The position numbers were made by a program, and so were the translations under genes. Below are positions 1 through 9,655 of a stretch of 30,461 nucleotides of DNA, piece by piece. The stretch's first letter is position 1; every line of letters begins with the position of its first letter. The stretch is from assembly GCA_965200155.1 (NCBI GenBank), contig CBDATR010000025.1:1-30461 (forward strand), read 5' to 3'. Under the pieces are notes generated by a model, which saw nothing but the letters and a program-made list of their open reading frames with translations, made no database searches and was not told the origin of the DNA. The stretch is from Nitrosopumilaceae archaeon (GTDB taxonomy: Archaea > Thermoproteota > Nitrososphaeria > Nitrososphaerales > Nitrosopumilaceae).

Positions 1-866
1 CGTCGTTATCTATCCAGTGAGAAGTGCAATCTTCTCTCATTGTAGTAGTCTAAATAATCCCGGAGACTGTCATAATGCCATATCTCATTGGACTCTTAAA
101 TAAGAGTCCCCTAGTTGGACTCTTAAATAAGAGTCCCCTAGTCCTCAATCATTCCATGGAAGCGCTCCAGTTTGCCATTTGTCTGCGGGTGGTATGGTCT
201 GGAATTGATTAGTATGATATCTTGATTCAGCAGTTCTTCCTTGAATAGTGGGTTTCCAGTTCTTTTTGACCTTTTATTGTCCTACGAAACACGCGCCGTT
301 ATCCGAGATGCAGGGGCGCCGAATCGTTTTATTGCCAATCTCAGTAATAGAGTGGCGTTCTCTGAGGTTGCATGCTAGAATAGTGCAGCTCCGACTATAC
401 ACCTGGATGCATCATCTATGAGATTCAGTCCCCTGAAGCGCTCATCTTTTCATGACATGCCAGTGCCACATTGCATTGGAATATTTACGCTCATAGCGTA
501 CCCACTCTGACTTTGCAGGTGATGAGACTGTCGTGCCGTTCTTTTTCATTATGTGATATACTGAGCGATATATCATGTCTAAGCCTCTTTGCAATACGTA
601 CTACTCCGGCGGGGTCCTTGCTGTATGCTTCAGTTACCATTCGTATTTGGGTGGCGGTGATTGCTATCATGGGCCTGCCCATCTTTACTCGAGTCGTTCC
701 CGTTCTCTGGTTCACAATCTTCGTACGTGTCTTGTTTCAGGTCTTGAGCTATGTTGGTTGTGGCAACGCCTCTTGTCTTGATTCCTCTGTTATTCTCTTT
801 ACCATATGGCTTGTGCAATCTGAACTACTGTACGCCGGATCCTAAGCGGACTTTTCGTACTATTGA
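1..866 (-). mobile_element. IS481-family element remnant (copy A), frameshifted transposase, runs off the left edge of the window
   Basis: Minus-strand translation gives integrase-core fragments (DDASRCIV, DNGACF, HPQTNGKLERFH, YNERRLHFSLD). Near-duplicate of 6135-6870. Degenerate terminal IR gacttttcgtactattga at 849-866 matches the reverse complement of TGTAATGTATGAAAAGTC at 6025. Confidence 0.8.
88..141. repeat. Tandem duplication of a 27-bp unit containing the hairpin GGACTCTTA-AA-TAAGAGTCC
   Basis: ttggactcttaaataagagtcccctag occurs twice. The paralogous IS481 copy has a single unit (about 6222-6248). Confidence 0.9.
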
Positions 867-952
867 TTCCTGAATCTTATGCACAAATCACATTAACTAG
901 AACAGCCTGTTCCATCAGTTATGCGTAAATTTAGACACAGGTGAACTCACAC
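867..952 (+). mobile_element. Truncated 92-bp IS66-type MITE (one end missing, central 6 bp replaced)
   Basis: Matches the MITE consensus from TTCC(G/T)GAA to GTGAACTCA(C)AC. Confidence 0.85.
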
Positions 953-1087
953 AGCCTGTGTTAACAGGCATGTCTTTTTTATGATGTGTCATCGACGCGG
1001 AGCTTTCGCGTGGCAAATATACCATACGTGGTATTTCTGTAGTCTATACATACTACAAGTGGACTGTCTGTATTTAGTACAAGCGGG

Positions 1088-2221
1088 CTAGGGATCCGAA
1101 AGCAGTACCCAGTTGTTATTTACTATATGCCACGTCTCAAATGAACCGCCATTCAAATCGCCGCCCTCGCTGAGCTCCAAATGTCCGGAAACCCCCATGG
1201 TATGATCCGCTACGAGGGGTATGGCCTTTACCAGGGTGGCCGTGTCGGTACTCTGCGTCTGCAGTATGGTCGTGGCTAAAAGCCAGACCGCATCATACGC
1301 GGCATGACCATAGGTGCCTGGCATAACACCGTACACTTCCATGAACCGCTCGTTTAGCGAATGGGTCTTACTATTATCCGGAGACATGTACTGGACGGCT
1401 GTAAACTGGGCTGCATCTGCCAAACCCACCACCACGGGATCTGCCAGCATGTAGTCATGGTTCGCGTGGTTGTTAATTCCGAACCATCTTACGCTATTCA
1501 GACTATCATAGGAGGCCATCTCTTGAATTAACGGAATAATTTCGTTATCGGAGATGAATAGTATGCCCACTTTATCTGCACCATGTTTGTCAACCAGATT
1601 ACTGATCACTATATCCAGCAGGGCAATATCTGCTGCATACTCTAAACTGTAGTCGTGCCGGACGGCCCTTATAACCTCGCCGTCAAAGATGGAGGATATT
1701 GATCTCACCAAAGAATCTCCCCATATGCTCCCGGCAGAGACTATAACCAACGTGTCAATACCCGCATTACTTACAACTGAGCTCACCGCACCCATCTCTC
1801 TCCCACCATTTGGTATAATACGAAATATGTTATCATCTATCTCCTTTTCCGCCGCCTGGGCAGCATGAGATAATACCACCATGTCATTGTCGTGTATGTA
1901 ATCATATGACAGGGTGATGTAGCTGCTAAATGGCAGTCCCACTATCAGGTTTACATCTTGTTCGCGGAAGTCCTGTAGTAGGTGTATGGCTACGGCGTCA
2001 CTATTCATGGTATCCTTGGCAACCATATTCACAGTAAGGTTTGCTCCTATTTGTGATGCATACAGGTTAAAGTCCTCGACGGCAAACTCTGCCGCATATT
2101 GGTTAAGCTCTCCATCGTCCCAGCCGGGTATGTTAAAGATACCTCCAATTGTCACTTCCTCTGCATGCGCAAGTCCGGCCCCAGCTATTATTAGAACCAA
2201 GACATGGACAAGAATGTGCAT
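1088..2221 (-). CDS. Secreted ABC-type substrate-binding protein (branched-chain amino acid / type 1 periplasmic binding fold)
   Basis: 377-aa ORF with a signal peptide (LAHA|EE) and LivJ/LivK-like motifs VTIGGIF, AVEDFN, IFRIIP and YDAVWLLA. Confidence 0.85.
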   Translation of the reverse strand: MHILVHVLVLIIAGAGLAHAEEVTIGGIFNIPGWDDGELNQYAAEFAVEDFNLYASQIGANLTVNMVAKDTMNSDAVAIHLLQDFREQDVNLIVGLPFSSYITLSYDYIHDNDMVVLSHAAQAAEKEIDDNIFRIIPNGGREMGAVSSVVSNAGIDTLVIVSAGSIWGDSLVRSISSIFDGEVIRAVRHDYSLEYAADIALLDIVISNLVDKHGADKVGILFISDNEIIPLIQEMASYDSLNSVRWFGINNHANHDYMLADPVVVGLADAAQFTAVQYMSPDNSKTHSLNERFMEVYGVMPGTYGHAAYDAVWLLATTILQTQSTDTATLVKAIPLVADHTMGVSGHLELSEGGDLNGGSFETWHIVNNNWVLLSDP

Positions 2222-2255
2222 TATATCACTGACTCAGACCAATATTTAACTATAC

Positions 2256-2276
2256 AAGTTTGTTGCATAACTGACT
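2256..2276. mobile_element. Solo terminal inverted repeat of the IS5 (IS903-like) element
   Basis: agtttgttgcataactgact is identical to the element ends at 4500 and 13106. Confidence 0.75.
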
Positions 2277-2308
2277 GATCTAATTCAAGTCCCCCTGTTG
2301 CGCACTTG

Positions 2309-2450
2309 GTAACCGTTTAGGTCGCGTTAAAGATCAACATCTAGACGATAAATTCATGGTCATATGGGAGGCAATATGATAGAAAAAGCAAGATCGGACA
2401 TGTTGGCGGTGTATTTTGAACAGTTGTCCAAGGGTGACCTAAACGGTTAC
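2309..2450. mobile_element. 142-bp MITE of a second family (TIR GTAACCGTTTAGGTC), IS66-like ends
   Basis: Perfect 15-bp TIRs gtaaccgtttaggtc...gacctaaacggttac. A GTAA start is typical of IS66. Degenerate relatives lie at 10425-11443. No clean TSD. Confidence 0.8.
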
Positions 2451-2499
2451 GTACACTAGTGCGCCAAAACATAAGTATGGTGCCGCCAGTCTTGCACTG

Positions 2500-2964
2500 T
2501 TGGTACAAGAGGGTGACAGGGTTCCGGAATTCAATCTCCCCCGGAGTGGTGGCGGTGAACTAAGTTCCTCGGATATGATAGGTAAGCAGTATGTGGTGTA
2601 CTTTTACCCCAAAGACTTTACGCCCGGTTGTACCACCGAGGCAGACGAATTCTCGAAATCACACGGTGAATTCCAGGATGCTGGCATTGACATTATAGGA
2701 GTGAGTCCTGACAACACCGAATCGCATGATAAATTCTGCAGCAAGATGGAAATACCATACACGCTCCTCTCAGATACTGACAAGTCAATGGCAGAGTCCT
2801 TTGGTGTGGTGGGGACCAAAAAATTCATGGGACGCGAATACATTGGCATAATTCGCAGCACCTTTCTGGTTGGTACAGATGGCCGCATCCTCAAAGTCTT
2901 CAAGAACGTGCGGCCGCGCGGCCATGCGCAGAAAGTCCTTGAATCGTTTCACAAAATAAAATAG
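2500..2964 (+). CDS. bcp: Peroxiredoxin, BCP/PrxQ family
   Basis: Peroxidatic motif YFYPKDFTPGCTTEA, RSTF motif, 154 aa. Confidence 0.95.
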   Translation: MVQEGDRVPEFNLPRSGGGELSSSDMIGKQYVVYFYPKDFTPGCTTEADEFSKSHGEFQDAGIDIIGVSPDNTESHDKFCSKMEIPYTLLSDTDKSMAESFGVVGTKKFMGREYIGIIRSTFLVGTDGRILKVFKNVRPRGHAQKVLESFHKIK

Positions 2965-2972
2965 TAAAAAAG

Positions 2973-4454
2973 TCAGAATCCTTTGGGTAGTGTTCCTCTG
3001 GTGGGCTTCTTGGCTTGCGTACTTTGAGCCTGACTCGCCGCCGCGTCTGCCTTCTGCTGGGCTATCCTTGCAGCCTCTTGCGCCTGTCTTACTGCCGCGT
3101 CTGCCTTCTGCTGGGCTATCCTTGCAGCCTCTTGCGCCTGGACAACATCCTGTTGTGTGTTTGTGGTACTTGACTGACGCTCAGCATTTTTCTTTTCCAG
3201 TCTGCTCAGGTATTCCTTCTCGTACTCGGCCAGATCATCTTTTCTGTTCTGGGTCTGTTGTGGCGGTGGTGGGGGTGGAGCCTGAGTTTGCTGGGGTGGG
3301 GGTGGAGCCTGAGTTTGCTTTGCCTTGCCGCTGTTGTCCTGTAGATTGTACCCACCAAAAGTCTTGTCTGGGGGGTGGTATGCTAGGCGAGCTCGGGTGG
3401 CAAAATACTGGTTGGATGGTTGTGTGTAACCTGTCACTTTTGCCTTCTGATCATTCCAGCTGGGTTCGGTGGGTACACGTCCTGTGGGTGCTGTTCTTCT
3501 TACAAAGTATCTGTTTGGTGCCGGTGCGTATCCGGTTACCTTGGCACGATAATCATGAAAGCTTGTCATTGCAGAATTGTTATAGGCAATCTCTAGTGAC
3601 TCTGCTATATTTGCAGGAGCTGCCTTTGGTGGGGGTGCCGGTTTTGATTCAGGCTTTGCCGTACCCATACCCTTTGGTAGACTGCCTCGGGGTGACTTTT
3701 TGGCTGGCTCCGGCTTTGGCTCCGGTTTTGGTTCGGGAGCTGCTTCCGGCTTTGGTGCCGCCATACCCTTTGGTAGACTGCCTCGGGGTGACTTTTTGGC
3801 TGGCTCCGGCTTTGGCTCCGGTTTTGGTTCGGGAGCTGCTTCCGGCTTTGGTGCCGCCATACCCTTTGGTAGACTGCCTCGGGGTGACTTTTTGGCTGGC
3901 TCCGGCTTTGGCTCCGGTTTTGGTTCGGGAGCTGCTTCCGGCTTTGGTGCCGCCATACCCTTTGGTAGACTGCCTCGGGGTGACTTTTTGGCTGGCTCCG
4001 GCTTTGGCTCCGGTTTTGGTTCGGGAGCTGCTTCCGGCTTTGGTGCCGCCATACCCTTTGGTAGACTGCCTCGGGGTGACTTTTTGGCTGGCTCCGGCTT
4101 TGGCTCCGGTTTTGGTTCGGGAGCTGCTTCCGGCTTTGGTGCCGCCATACCCTTTGGTAGACTGCCTCGGGGTGACTTTTTGGCTGGCTCCGGCTTTGGC
4201 TCCGGTTTTGGTTCGGGAGCTGCTTCCGGCTTTGGTGCCGCCATACCCTTTGGTAGACTGCCTCGGGGTGACTTTTTGGCTGGCTCCGGTTTTGGTTCGG
4301 GAGCTGCTTCTGCCTTTACCTCAAGAGCTGCCTCCACTTCCTGTGCAGCTGCTCTTGCCTCCAATCTGGCAGTAAGATCCGCTATACGCCTCTCCATACT
4401 GCTGATGCTATTGTTAATATCGTCTTTTGTTACATTCTCTTTTTTTGTTGACAT
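2973..4454 (-). CDS. Thaumarchaeal low-complexity Pro/Lys/Ala-rich repeat protein (family often annotated as trans-sialidase; no sialidase motifs seen)
   Basis: 493-aa ORF with an N-terminal coiled coil, repeated KKSPRGSLPKGM, two AKVTGY..P.N.YF motifs and C-terminal RGTLPKGF. Family recognised from memory of Nitrosopumilus proteins. Confidence 0.75.
   Translation of the reverse strand: MSTKKENVTKDDINNSISSMERRIADLTARLEARAAAQEVEAALEVKAEAAPEPKPEPAKKSPRGSLPKGMAAPKPEAAPEPKPEPKPEPAKKSPRGSLPKGMAAPKPEAAPEPKPEPKPEPAKKSPRGSLPKGMAAPKPEAAPEPKPEPKPEPAKKSPRGSLPKGMAAPKPEAAPEPKPEPKPEPAKKSPRGSLPKGMAAPKPEAAPEPKPEPKPEPAKKSPRGSLPKGMAAPKPEAAPEPKPEPKPEPAKKSPRGSLPKGMGTAKPESKPAPPPKAAPANIAESLEIAYNNSAMTSFHDYRAKVTGYAPAPNRYFVRRTAPTGRVPTEPSWNDQKAKVTGYTQPSNQYFATRARLAYHPPDKTFGGYNLQDNSGKAKQTQAPPPPQQTQAPPPPPPQQTQNRKDDLAEYEKEYLSRLEKKNAERQSSTTNTQQDVVQAQEAARIAQQKADAAVRQAQEAARIAQQKADAAASQAQSTQAKKPTRGTLPKGF
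3040..3140. repeat. Two 54-bp-period coding repeats (QAQEAARIAQQKADAA)
   Basis: gccgcgtctgccttctgctgggctatccttgcagcctcttgcgcctg at 3040 and 3094. Confidence 0.9.
3666..4309. repeat. Perfect 96-bp coding tandem repeat, 6 full units plus 1 shortened unit (32 aa each)
   Basis: Units start at 3666, 3762, 3858, 3954, 4050, 4146 and 4242. No substitutions visible. Confidence 0.95.
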
Positions 4455-4594
4455 TTACGGTGCTACTCGTTGCTAATTATTTAAATTTTCGAAAGGATGA
4501 GTTTGTTGCATAACTGACTTTGACAGAATACAGGTTCCCCATGTCGTAATCTACGTTGCTGCCGCGTCCACCCACTCGTTGTACTTGGCTACCC

Positions 4595-4686
4595 GTATGA
4601 GTTCACGTCTTCCGGAATCTTATGCACAAATCACATTAACTGTCGCGATCAGTTATGCGTAAATTTAGACACAGGTGAACTCATAC
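4595..4686 (+). mobile_element. 92-bp IS66-derived MITE with 8-bp TSD GGCTACCC
   Basis: TIRs GTATGAGTTCAC/GTGAACTCATAC. TSD at 4587-4594 and 4687-4694. Empty site at about 13262. Confidence 0.95.
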
Positions 4687-4759
4687 GGCTACCCTTGTAT
4701 GTTATCCCATTTCCGCGCCATTAATCCGTGCCCGAATAATCGTTTGAACGGGAACCGGC

Positions 4760-4868
4760 TCTATGATTATCTCGATTACCCATCGCCTGTTGCATCATCC
4801 ATGAAGCACCTCTTTTAAAGGATATTGATAATCTATGATTATCTCGATTACCCATCGCCTGTTGCATC
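4760..4868. repeat. 37-bp direct duplication flanking a unique 35-bp insert (repeat-spacer-repeat geometry)
   Basis: tctatgattatctcgattacccatcgcctgttgcatc at 4760-4796 and 4832-4868. The paralog has one copy and no insert at 13349-13385. Confidence 0.9.
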
Positions 4869-5327
4869 CTTTTGCCGTCTTCCAGTACTGCTTGTTTTCG
4901 GCCTTTTCCTCATCAGAAAGGCGGAAAATGGGCGATTCCGGACTTCCTCCAAGACTGCAAGTCCCCATGAGTCGCCTTTCCTTTGGTGGAATTTAGCTAA
5001 AGAGAAATGGTTGTCCGGATTCGATTATCCCTGTACAATTTCATGTTATCCCTGGACGCGTATGCGCCATCCGCAAGTAATTCCAGATCAAATGCGCGCT
5101 TGTCATCATTATTCGGTAAGGGGGACACACCGTTAGTCAGCGCGTTTCCGGGTGGTGGCTTATCTGTTGGTCCTGTCAGAGATGGCAACTGTTGCAATGG
5201 GTCCGGAACTTTCCAATTCCAGGGTGTGCTCCCTGTCCAGTTGTGGCTCTTCTGCATACGAGCCCAGTACTGCATTGTCTAACATGCGCGTGTCCCCAAC
5301 CCACTCGCCGGTAACCGTAAATGCATA

Positions 5328-5419
5328 GTATGTGTTCACCTGTGTCTAAATTTATGCATAACTGATCGCGACAGTTAATGTGATTTGTGTATAAGATTCC
5401 GGAAGACGTGAACTCATAC
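5328..5419 (-). mobile_element. 92-bp IS66-derived MITE with TSD AATGCATA
   Basis: TSD at 5320-5327 and 5420-5427. Confidence 0.95.
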
Positions 5420-5947
5420 AATGCATATGCTCTCCCAGTCCGCGAGCACTGATGAATCCGCGTCTATTTTTCCATTTAGCCCTTATCCATTCGCCGCGGC
5501 TGCACTTTTCAAGGCCGGTTGAGTCAACAATCATGGTTCTAGTCAGCTTTTTGTCCGTGCAGGCAAATACTGTTCTTCTTGTCTATGTCTATCTCTTCCG
5601 CGTCTGTAGTGGAGTAGTGCGGGGTTTGGTGTCCTTCCAGTAGTCCTGCAAGGAATCCGGATACCTGCCTGTATCTCATACCTAATGTCGTTCTCAGTGT
5701 CATGTAACATGCCCACGGCATACCGGTAGCGGACACCCTCTTTCTTGCAGCTGGCCTTTTCAACGTCATCCTTCCATGCATGGTTGAAGCCAAATAGCCT
5801 CCCGCTGGACGTACTTGGCATTGTCGGTGAATACCATCAAACTTGTTAAAAAAATTCTCAGTTCAGTTATTAATGCTTGGATCTAATGGCCACCACTGTG
5901 TGACGGAAATGCACAAATTTTTCCTGCAATGCGATTTGTGTGAGTTC

Positions 5948-6024
5948 GTATGAGTTCACCTGTGTCTAAATTTACACACAACTGATCGCGACAGTTAATG
6001 TGATTTGTGCACAAGATTCCGGAA
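5948..6024 (-). mobile_element. 92-bp MITE truncated at TTCCGGAA by IS481
   Basis: Matches consensus up to attccggaa, then the IS481 end begins. Preceded by a partial TIR (gtgtgagttc). Confidence 0.85.
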
Positions 6025-6872
6025 TGTAATGTATGAAAAGTCGGTTCGCTAGTCATTGGCATCCCGCTCCACCCATTTTGTATCATTTGCTCTAATTGTC
6101 TGGGTCGCCTTTTTATTCCTGGAGTGGTGTTTCGCCGTTATCTATATCCAGTGAGAAGTGCAATCTTCTCTCATTGTAGTAGTCGATATAATCCCGGAGA
6201 CTGTCATAATGTCATATCTCATTGGACTCTTAAATAAGAGTCCCCTCGTCCTCAATCATTCCGTGGAAGCGCTCCAGTTTGCCATTTGTCTGCGGGTGGT
6301 ATGGTCTGGAATTGATTAGTATGATGTCTTGATCCAGCAGTTCTTCCTAGAATAGTGAGTTTCCAGTTCTTTTTGCCCTTTTATTGTCCTACGAAACACG
6401 CGCCGTTATCCGAGATGCAGGGGCGCCGAATCGTTCTATCGCCAATCTCAGTAATAGAGTGGCGTTCTCTGAGGTTGCATGCTAGAATAGTGCAGCCCCG
6501 ACTATACACCTGGATGCATCATCTATGAGATTCAGTCCCTCGAAGCGCTCATCTTTCATGGCATGCCAGTGCCACATTGCATTGGAATATTTACGCTCAT
6601 AGCGTACCCACTCTGACTTGTGATGAGACTGTCGTACCGTTCTTTTTCATTATGCGATATACTGAGCGATATATTGTAATTCTGTCTAAGCCTCTTTGCA
6701 ATACGTACTACTCCGGCGGGGTCCTTGCTGTATGCTTCAGTTACCATTCGTATCTGGGTAGCGGTGATTGGTATCATAGGCCTGCCCATCTTTACTCGAG
6801 TCGTTCCCGTTCTCTGGTTCACAATCTTCGTACGTGTCTTGAACTGATGTTTAGGTCCTGAGATGTTGGTGG
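6025..6872 (-). mobile_element. IS481-family element remnant (copy B), 5' end removed at a MITE
   Basis: TGT-starting end TGTAATGTATGAAAAGTC. Same integrase fragments as copy A. Confidence 0.8.
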
Positions 6873-6964
6873 GTGTGAGTTCACCTGGGTCTAAATTTAT
6901 GCATAACTGATCGCGACAGTTAATGTGATTTGTGCATAAGATTCCGGAAGACGTGAACTCATAC
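6873..6964 (-). mobile_element. 92-bp IS66-derived MITE, no TSD
   Basis: Full consensus match; the two flanks differ. Confidence 0.93.
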
Positions 6965-7064
6965 TGTGATAATTGTGATATTTTGATCAAATCAGTCGCC
7001 CAAAGACTTATGATGACCGCTATAACAACCAAGTTATAAATAATATTCTTGGCATTTTTACATA

Positions 7065-8174
7065 TTGAGCCGAATTATGGAGATTCTGGACACCGATGAT
7101 ATTCTGCACAAGGCGGTATCTGGAGTACGCCCCACACAGCAAGAGTGCTTGGATTTACTGAAATCAAATGACATACACTCCTTGGGCAGAGTTGCCGGTA
7201 TGCTTACGCGGAGGCGGTTTGGCAAGAGAGCCACCTACGTGAATAACATAATACTCAACTATACCAACGTGTGCATAACCGACTGCAAATTTTGTGCCTT
7301 CTACAGGCCCCCAAAGCATGATGAGGCGTACACGCTAAGCCTGGACGAGATACAGACCAGGGTAAAGATAGCTTGGGATATGTTCCGCATAAGACAGGTG
7401 CTCATACAGGGCGGTCACAACCCCAACTTGGGTATCGAGTATTACGAGGATGCCTTTCGCATGATTAGGTCCAAGTTCCCAAAGGTGGGGGTGCATGGCC
7501 TCTCGGCTTCCGAGATAGATGTGATAGCGCGAGTGGAAAAGTGCACCACACAGGAGATACTCTCAAGACTGAAAGACGCCGGTTTGCAATCCATACCCGG
7601 TGCCGGTGCAGAAATACTGGTAGACAAGGTAAAGGATGTAATCAGCCCAAAAAAGATATCCAGCGATCAGTGGTTGCGTATCATGGAAGAGGCCCACATG
7701 ATTGGCATTCCCGCTTCGGCTACCCTGATGTATGGACACGTAGAGTCGCATCACGATATAGCAGAACACATGTACAAAATCGTGCGCCTACAAGAAAAGA
7801 CCCACGGCTTTATGGCATTCATACCATGGAGCTTTGAGCCCAACAATACCCAGATACACAAAGACGGGACAGTTACGAAGAGCGCCGGAGGTATACCGCT
7901 CTTAAAGATGATCGCCATATCCAGATTGGTATTCGATGATATCATACCACACATACAGTCTTCATGGCTGACCAATGGTGTGGGTATGGCACAGATGGCA
8001 CTAATGTATGGGGCCGATGACTTTGGCGGGACTCTTATCGGCGAGGAGGTAGTCTCCTGCACCGGGGCGCGTTCCACCGAGCTGACTGATGCCAAGATTT
8101 GCCGTGCAATCACTCAAGCAGGGTATGAGTGCATGGAGAGAGACAACTTTTACAATATTCAGTCCAGTTTGTAG
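7065..8174 (+). CDS. mqnC: CofH/MqnC-family radical SAM protein, probably cyclic dehypoxanthine futalosine synthase
   Basis: NYTNVCITDCKFCAF (CxxxCxxC), QGGHNP, PGAGAEIL and GADDFGG motifs. Adjacent to a UbiD-family gene. MqnE is not fully excluded. Confidence 0.8.
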   Translation: MSRIMEILDTDDILHKAVSGVRPTQQECLDLLKSNDIHSLGRVAGMLTRRRFGKRATYVNNIILNYTNVCITDCKFCAFYRPPKHDEAYTLSLDEIQTRVKIAWDMFRIRQVLIQGGHNPNLGIEYYEDAFRMIRSKFPKVGVHGLSASEIDVIARVEKCTTQEILSRLKDAGLQSIPGAGAEILVDKVKDVISPKKISSDQWLRIMEEAHMIGIPASATLMYGHVESHHDIAEHMYKIVRLQEKTHGFMAFIPWSFEPNNTQIHKDGTVTKSAGGIPLLKMIAISRLVFDDIIPHIQSSWLTNGVGMAQMALMYGADDFGGTLIGEEVVSCTGARSTELTDAKICRAITQAGYECMERDNFYNIQSSL

Positions 8175-9598
8175 TCCGTCCAACGGGAATCAACCATATC
8201 TGATGTGCGGGGATCCGGGGCTACCTGCTCTTGTATCACTCTCCGAAAGCCTTCCTGAGCAGTCTTTTGGGTTGCGTCTATGCCCATCTTTGAGCCCAAA
8301 TTGACTAGTGGTGATGCCGGATCCAGGGTGTCTGTGGGTGCATTGGGCACTATCATGGTGTCTCGAGCGGGATCCGCGCGCGTGGTGATTGCCCAAATAA
8401 CATCATCCATATCGTGCACATTTACGTCCGAGTCTACAATGACAAAGATCTTTGTAAGGGATAGCTGGCCTGTTCCCCACAATCCCATCATGACCTTGCG
8501 CGCCTGGCCCGGATACCTCTTCTTTATGGATACTATACCCATGCCCTGGAACCAGCCCGCGGGCGGCATGGCAAAGTCCACTATCTCAGGATGAAACATG
8601 CGCATGAGGGGCAAAAATGAGCGCTCAATGACCTTGCCCACGTATGCATCTTCCAGTATGGGTTTTCCCACAATGGTGGTAAGGTATATGGGATTGGTGC
8701 GGTGTGTCATGCCGGTAAGTGTGAATGCCGGATAAGGTTCAGGCGGTGTATAGTAGCCGGTGTGATCCCCGAAGGGCCCCTCGTCCTGCATGTTGGCTGG
8801 ATCCACGTGTCCCTCCAGTATTATCTCCGCATCCGCGGGAACCTCCAAGTCTATCGTACTGCATGGCATGGTGCGAATACCCTTCTTTCTGGTTATTCCA
8901 GCAAACAGGTACTTGTCTAGTCCCTCGGGGACTGGTGCTATTCCCGAAAATACGGTGGCGGGATCCGCCCCTATCACTATGGCCGCGGGTATGCTCTTGT
9001 GTTGCTCTGCGCTAATCTCGCTGTGCTGTGCCCCGCGCTTGTGTTTCTGCCAGTGCATGAGGGCATGAGTGTCGTCTATGATCTGGATGCGATATACCCC
9101 CAGGTTCCTGATTCCGGTCTCAGGATGCTTTGTAACTACCAGTCCCAGCGTGATGAACTTGCCTGCATCCTTGGGCCACGTATGTAATATGGGAAGCTTT
9201 GCAAAGGATGGGCTTGACTCCTTAACCTGGGCCGCGGGTCCAGTTTTTTGCGGCTTGGGGAAGGATTCTGTCATTTTGGAGATCTCTGGCAGTTTGCGCA
9301 GCTTGCCCAAGAGGCCTGCAGGAACATCCATCTTTGTAATGGATACTATACGCTCACCTATCTCGGTAAAGTCGGTCATGCTAAGGCCCAGCTCCAGCCG
9401 CCGCATGGAGCCAAAGGCGTTTCCCAGTACGGGCATGTCATAACCCTTGACGTTCTCAAAGAGTATGGCTGGCCCCTTGGCGTACATGGTGCGCCGCAGA
9501 ATCTCCGCTATCTCTAGGTGCGTATCCACCTGAACACTTACGCGCCGAATCTCCCCGTGCTTCTCTAGTATGTCGATAAAATCGCCCAGGCTATCCAT
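8159..9598 (-). CDS. ubiD: UbiD-family (menaquinone biosynthesis) decarboxylase
   Basis: Motifs EGPFGDHTGYY, RNLGVYR, DTLDP and SKMGIDAT. 479 aa. Confidence 0.93.
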   Translation of the reverse strand: MDSLGDFIDILEKHGEIRRVSVQVDTHLEIAEILRRTMYAKGPAILFENVKGYDMPVLGNAFGSMRRLELGLSMTDFTEIGERIVSITKMDVPAGLLGKLRKLPEISKMTESFPKPQKTGPAAQVKESSPSFAKLPILHTWPKDAGKFITLGLVVTKHPETGIRNLGVYRIQIIDDTHALMHWQKHKRGAQHSEISAEQHKSIPAAIVIGADPATVFSGIAPVPEGLDKYLFAGITRKKGIRTMPCSTIDLEVPADAEIILEGHVDPANMQDEGPFGDHTGYYTPPEPYPAFTLTGMTHRTNPIYLTTIVGKPILEDAYVGKVIERSFLPLMRMFHPEIVDFAMPPAGWFQGMGIVSIKKRYPGQARKVMMGLWGTGQLSLTKIFVIVDSDVNVHDMDDVIWAITTRADPARDTMIVPNAPTDTLDPASPLVNLGSKMGIDATQKTAQEGFRRVIQEQVAPDPRTSDMVDSRWTDYKLD

Positions 9599-9655
9599 GT
9601 CGTAAGGAAAATCCGGTCTTGTGTATAAGCCTGTCGTGTCAGTCTGGCATTCCGG

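Larger units (their letters stand above)
4499..5940 (-). mobile_element. IS5-family (IS903-like) element, pseudogenised (copy A), carrying two MITE insertions
   Basis: TIR GAGTTTGTTGCATAACT. Fragments IVDSTG...GEWIR and LADGAYASR are characteristic of IS903-group DDE transposases. Paralogous to 13105-14476 and 15835-16627. Confidence 0.85.

Noticed and set aside
3666-4309. Repeat array as a CRISPR or guide-RNA array
   Set aside because: There are no variable spacers, and it is an in-frame coding repeat.
2990-4476. Long plus-strand ORFs of 461 aa and 258 aa
   Set aside because: They are antisense shadows of the 96-bp repeat gene, whose unit lacks stops in these frames.
5177-5205. Palindromic gcaactgttgc patch in IS5 copy A as a third footprint
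   Set aside because: Copy A keeps the reading frame here, so it may be ancestral, with copies B and C sharing a deletion.
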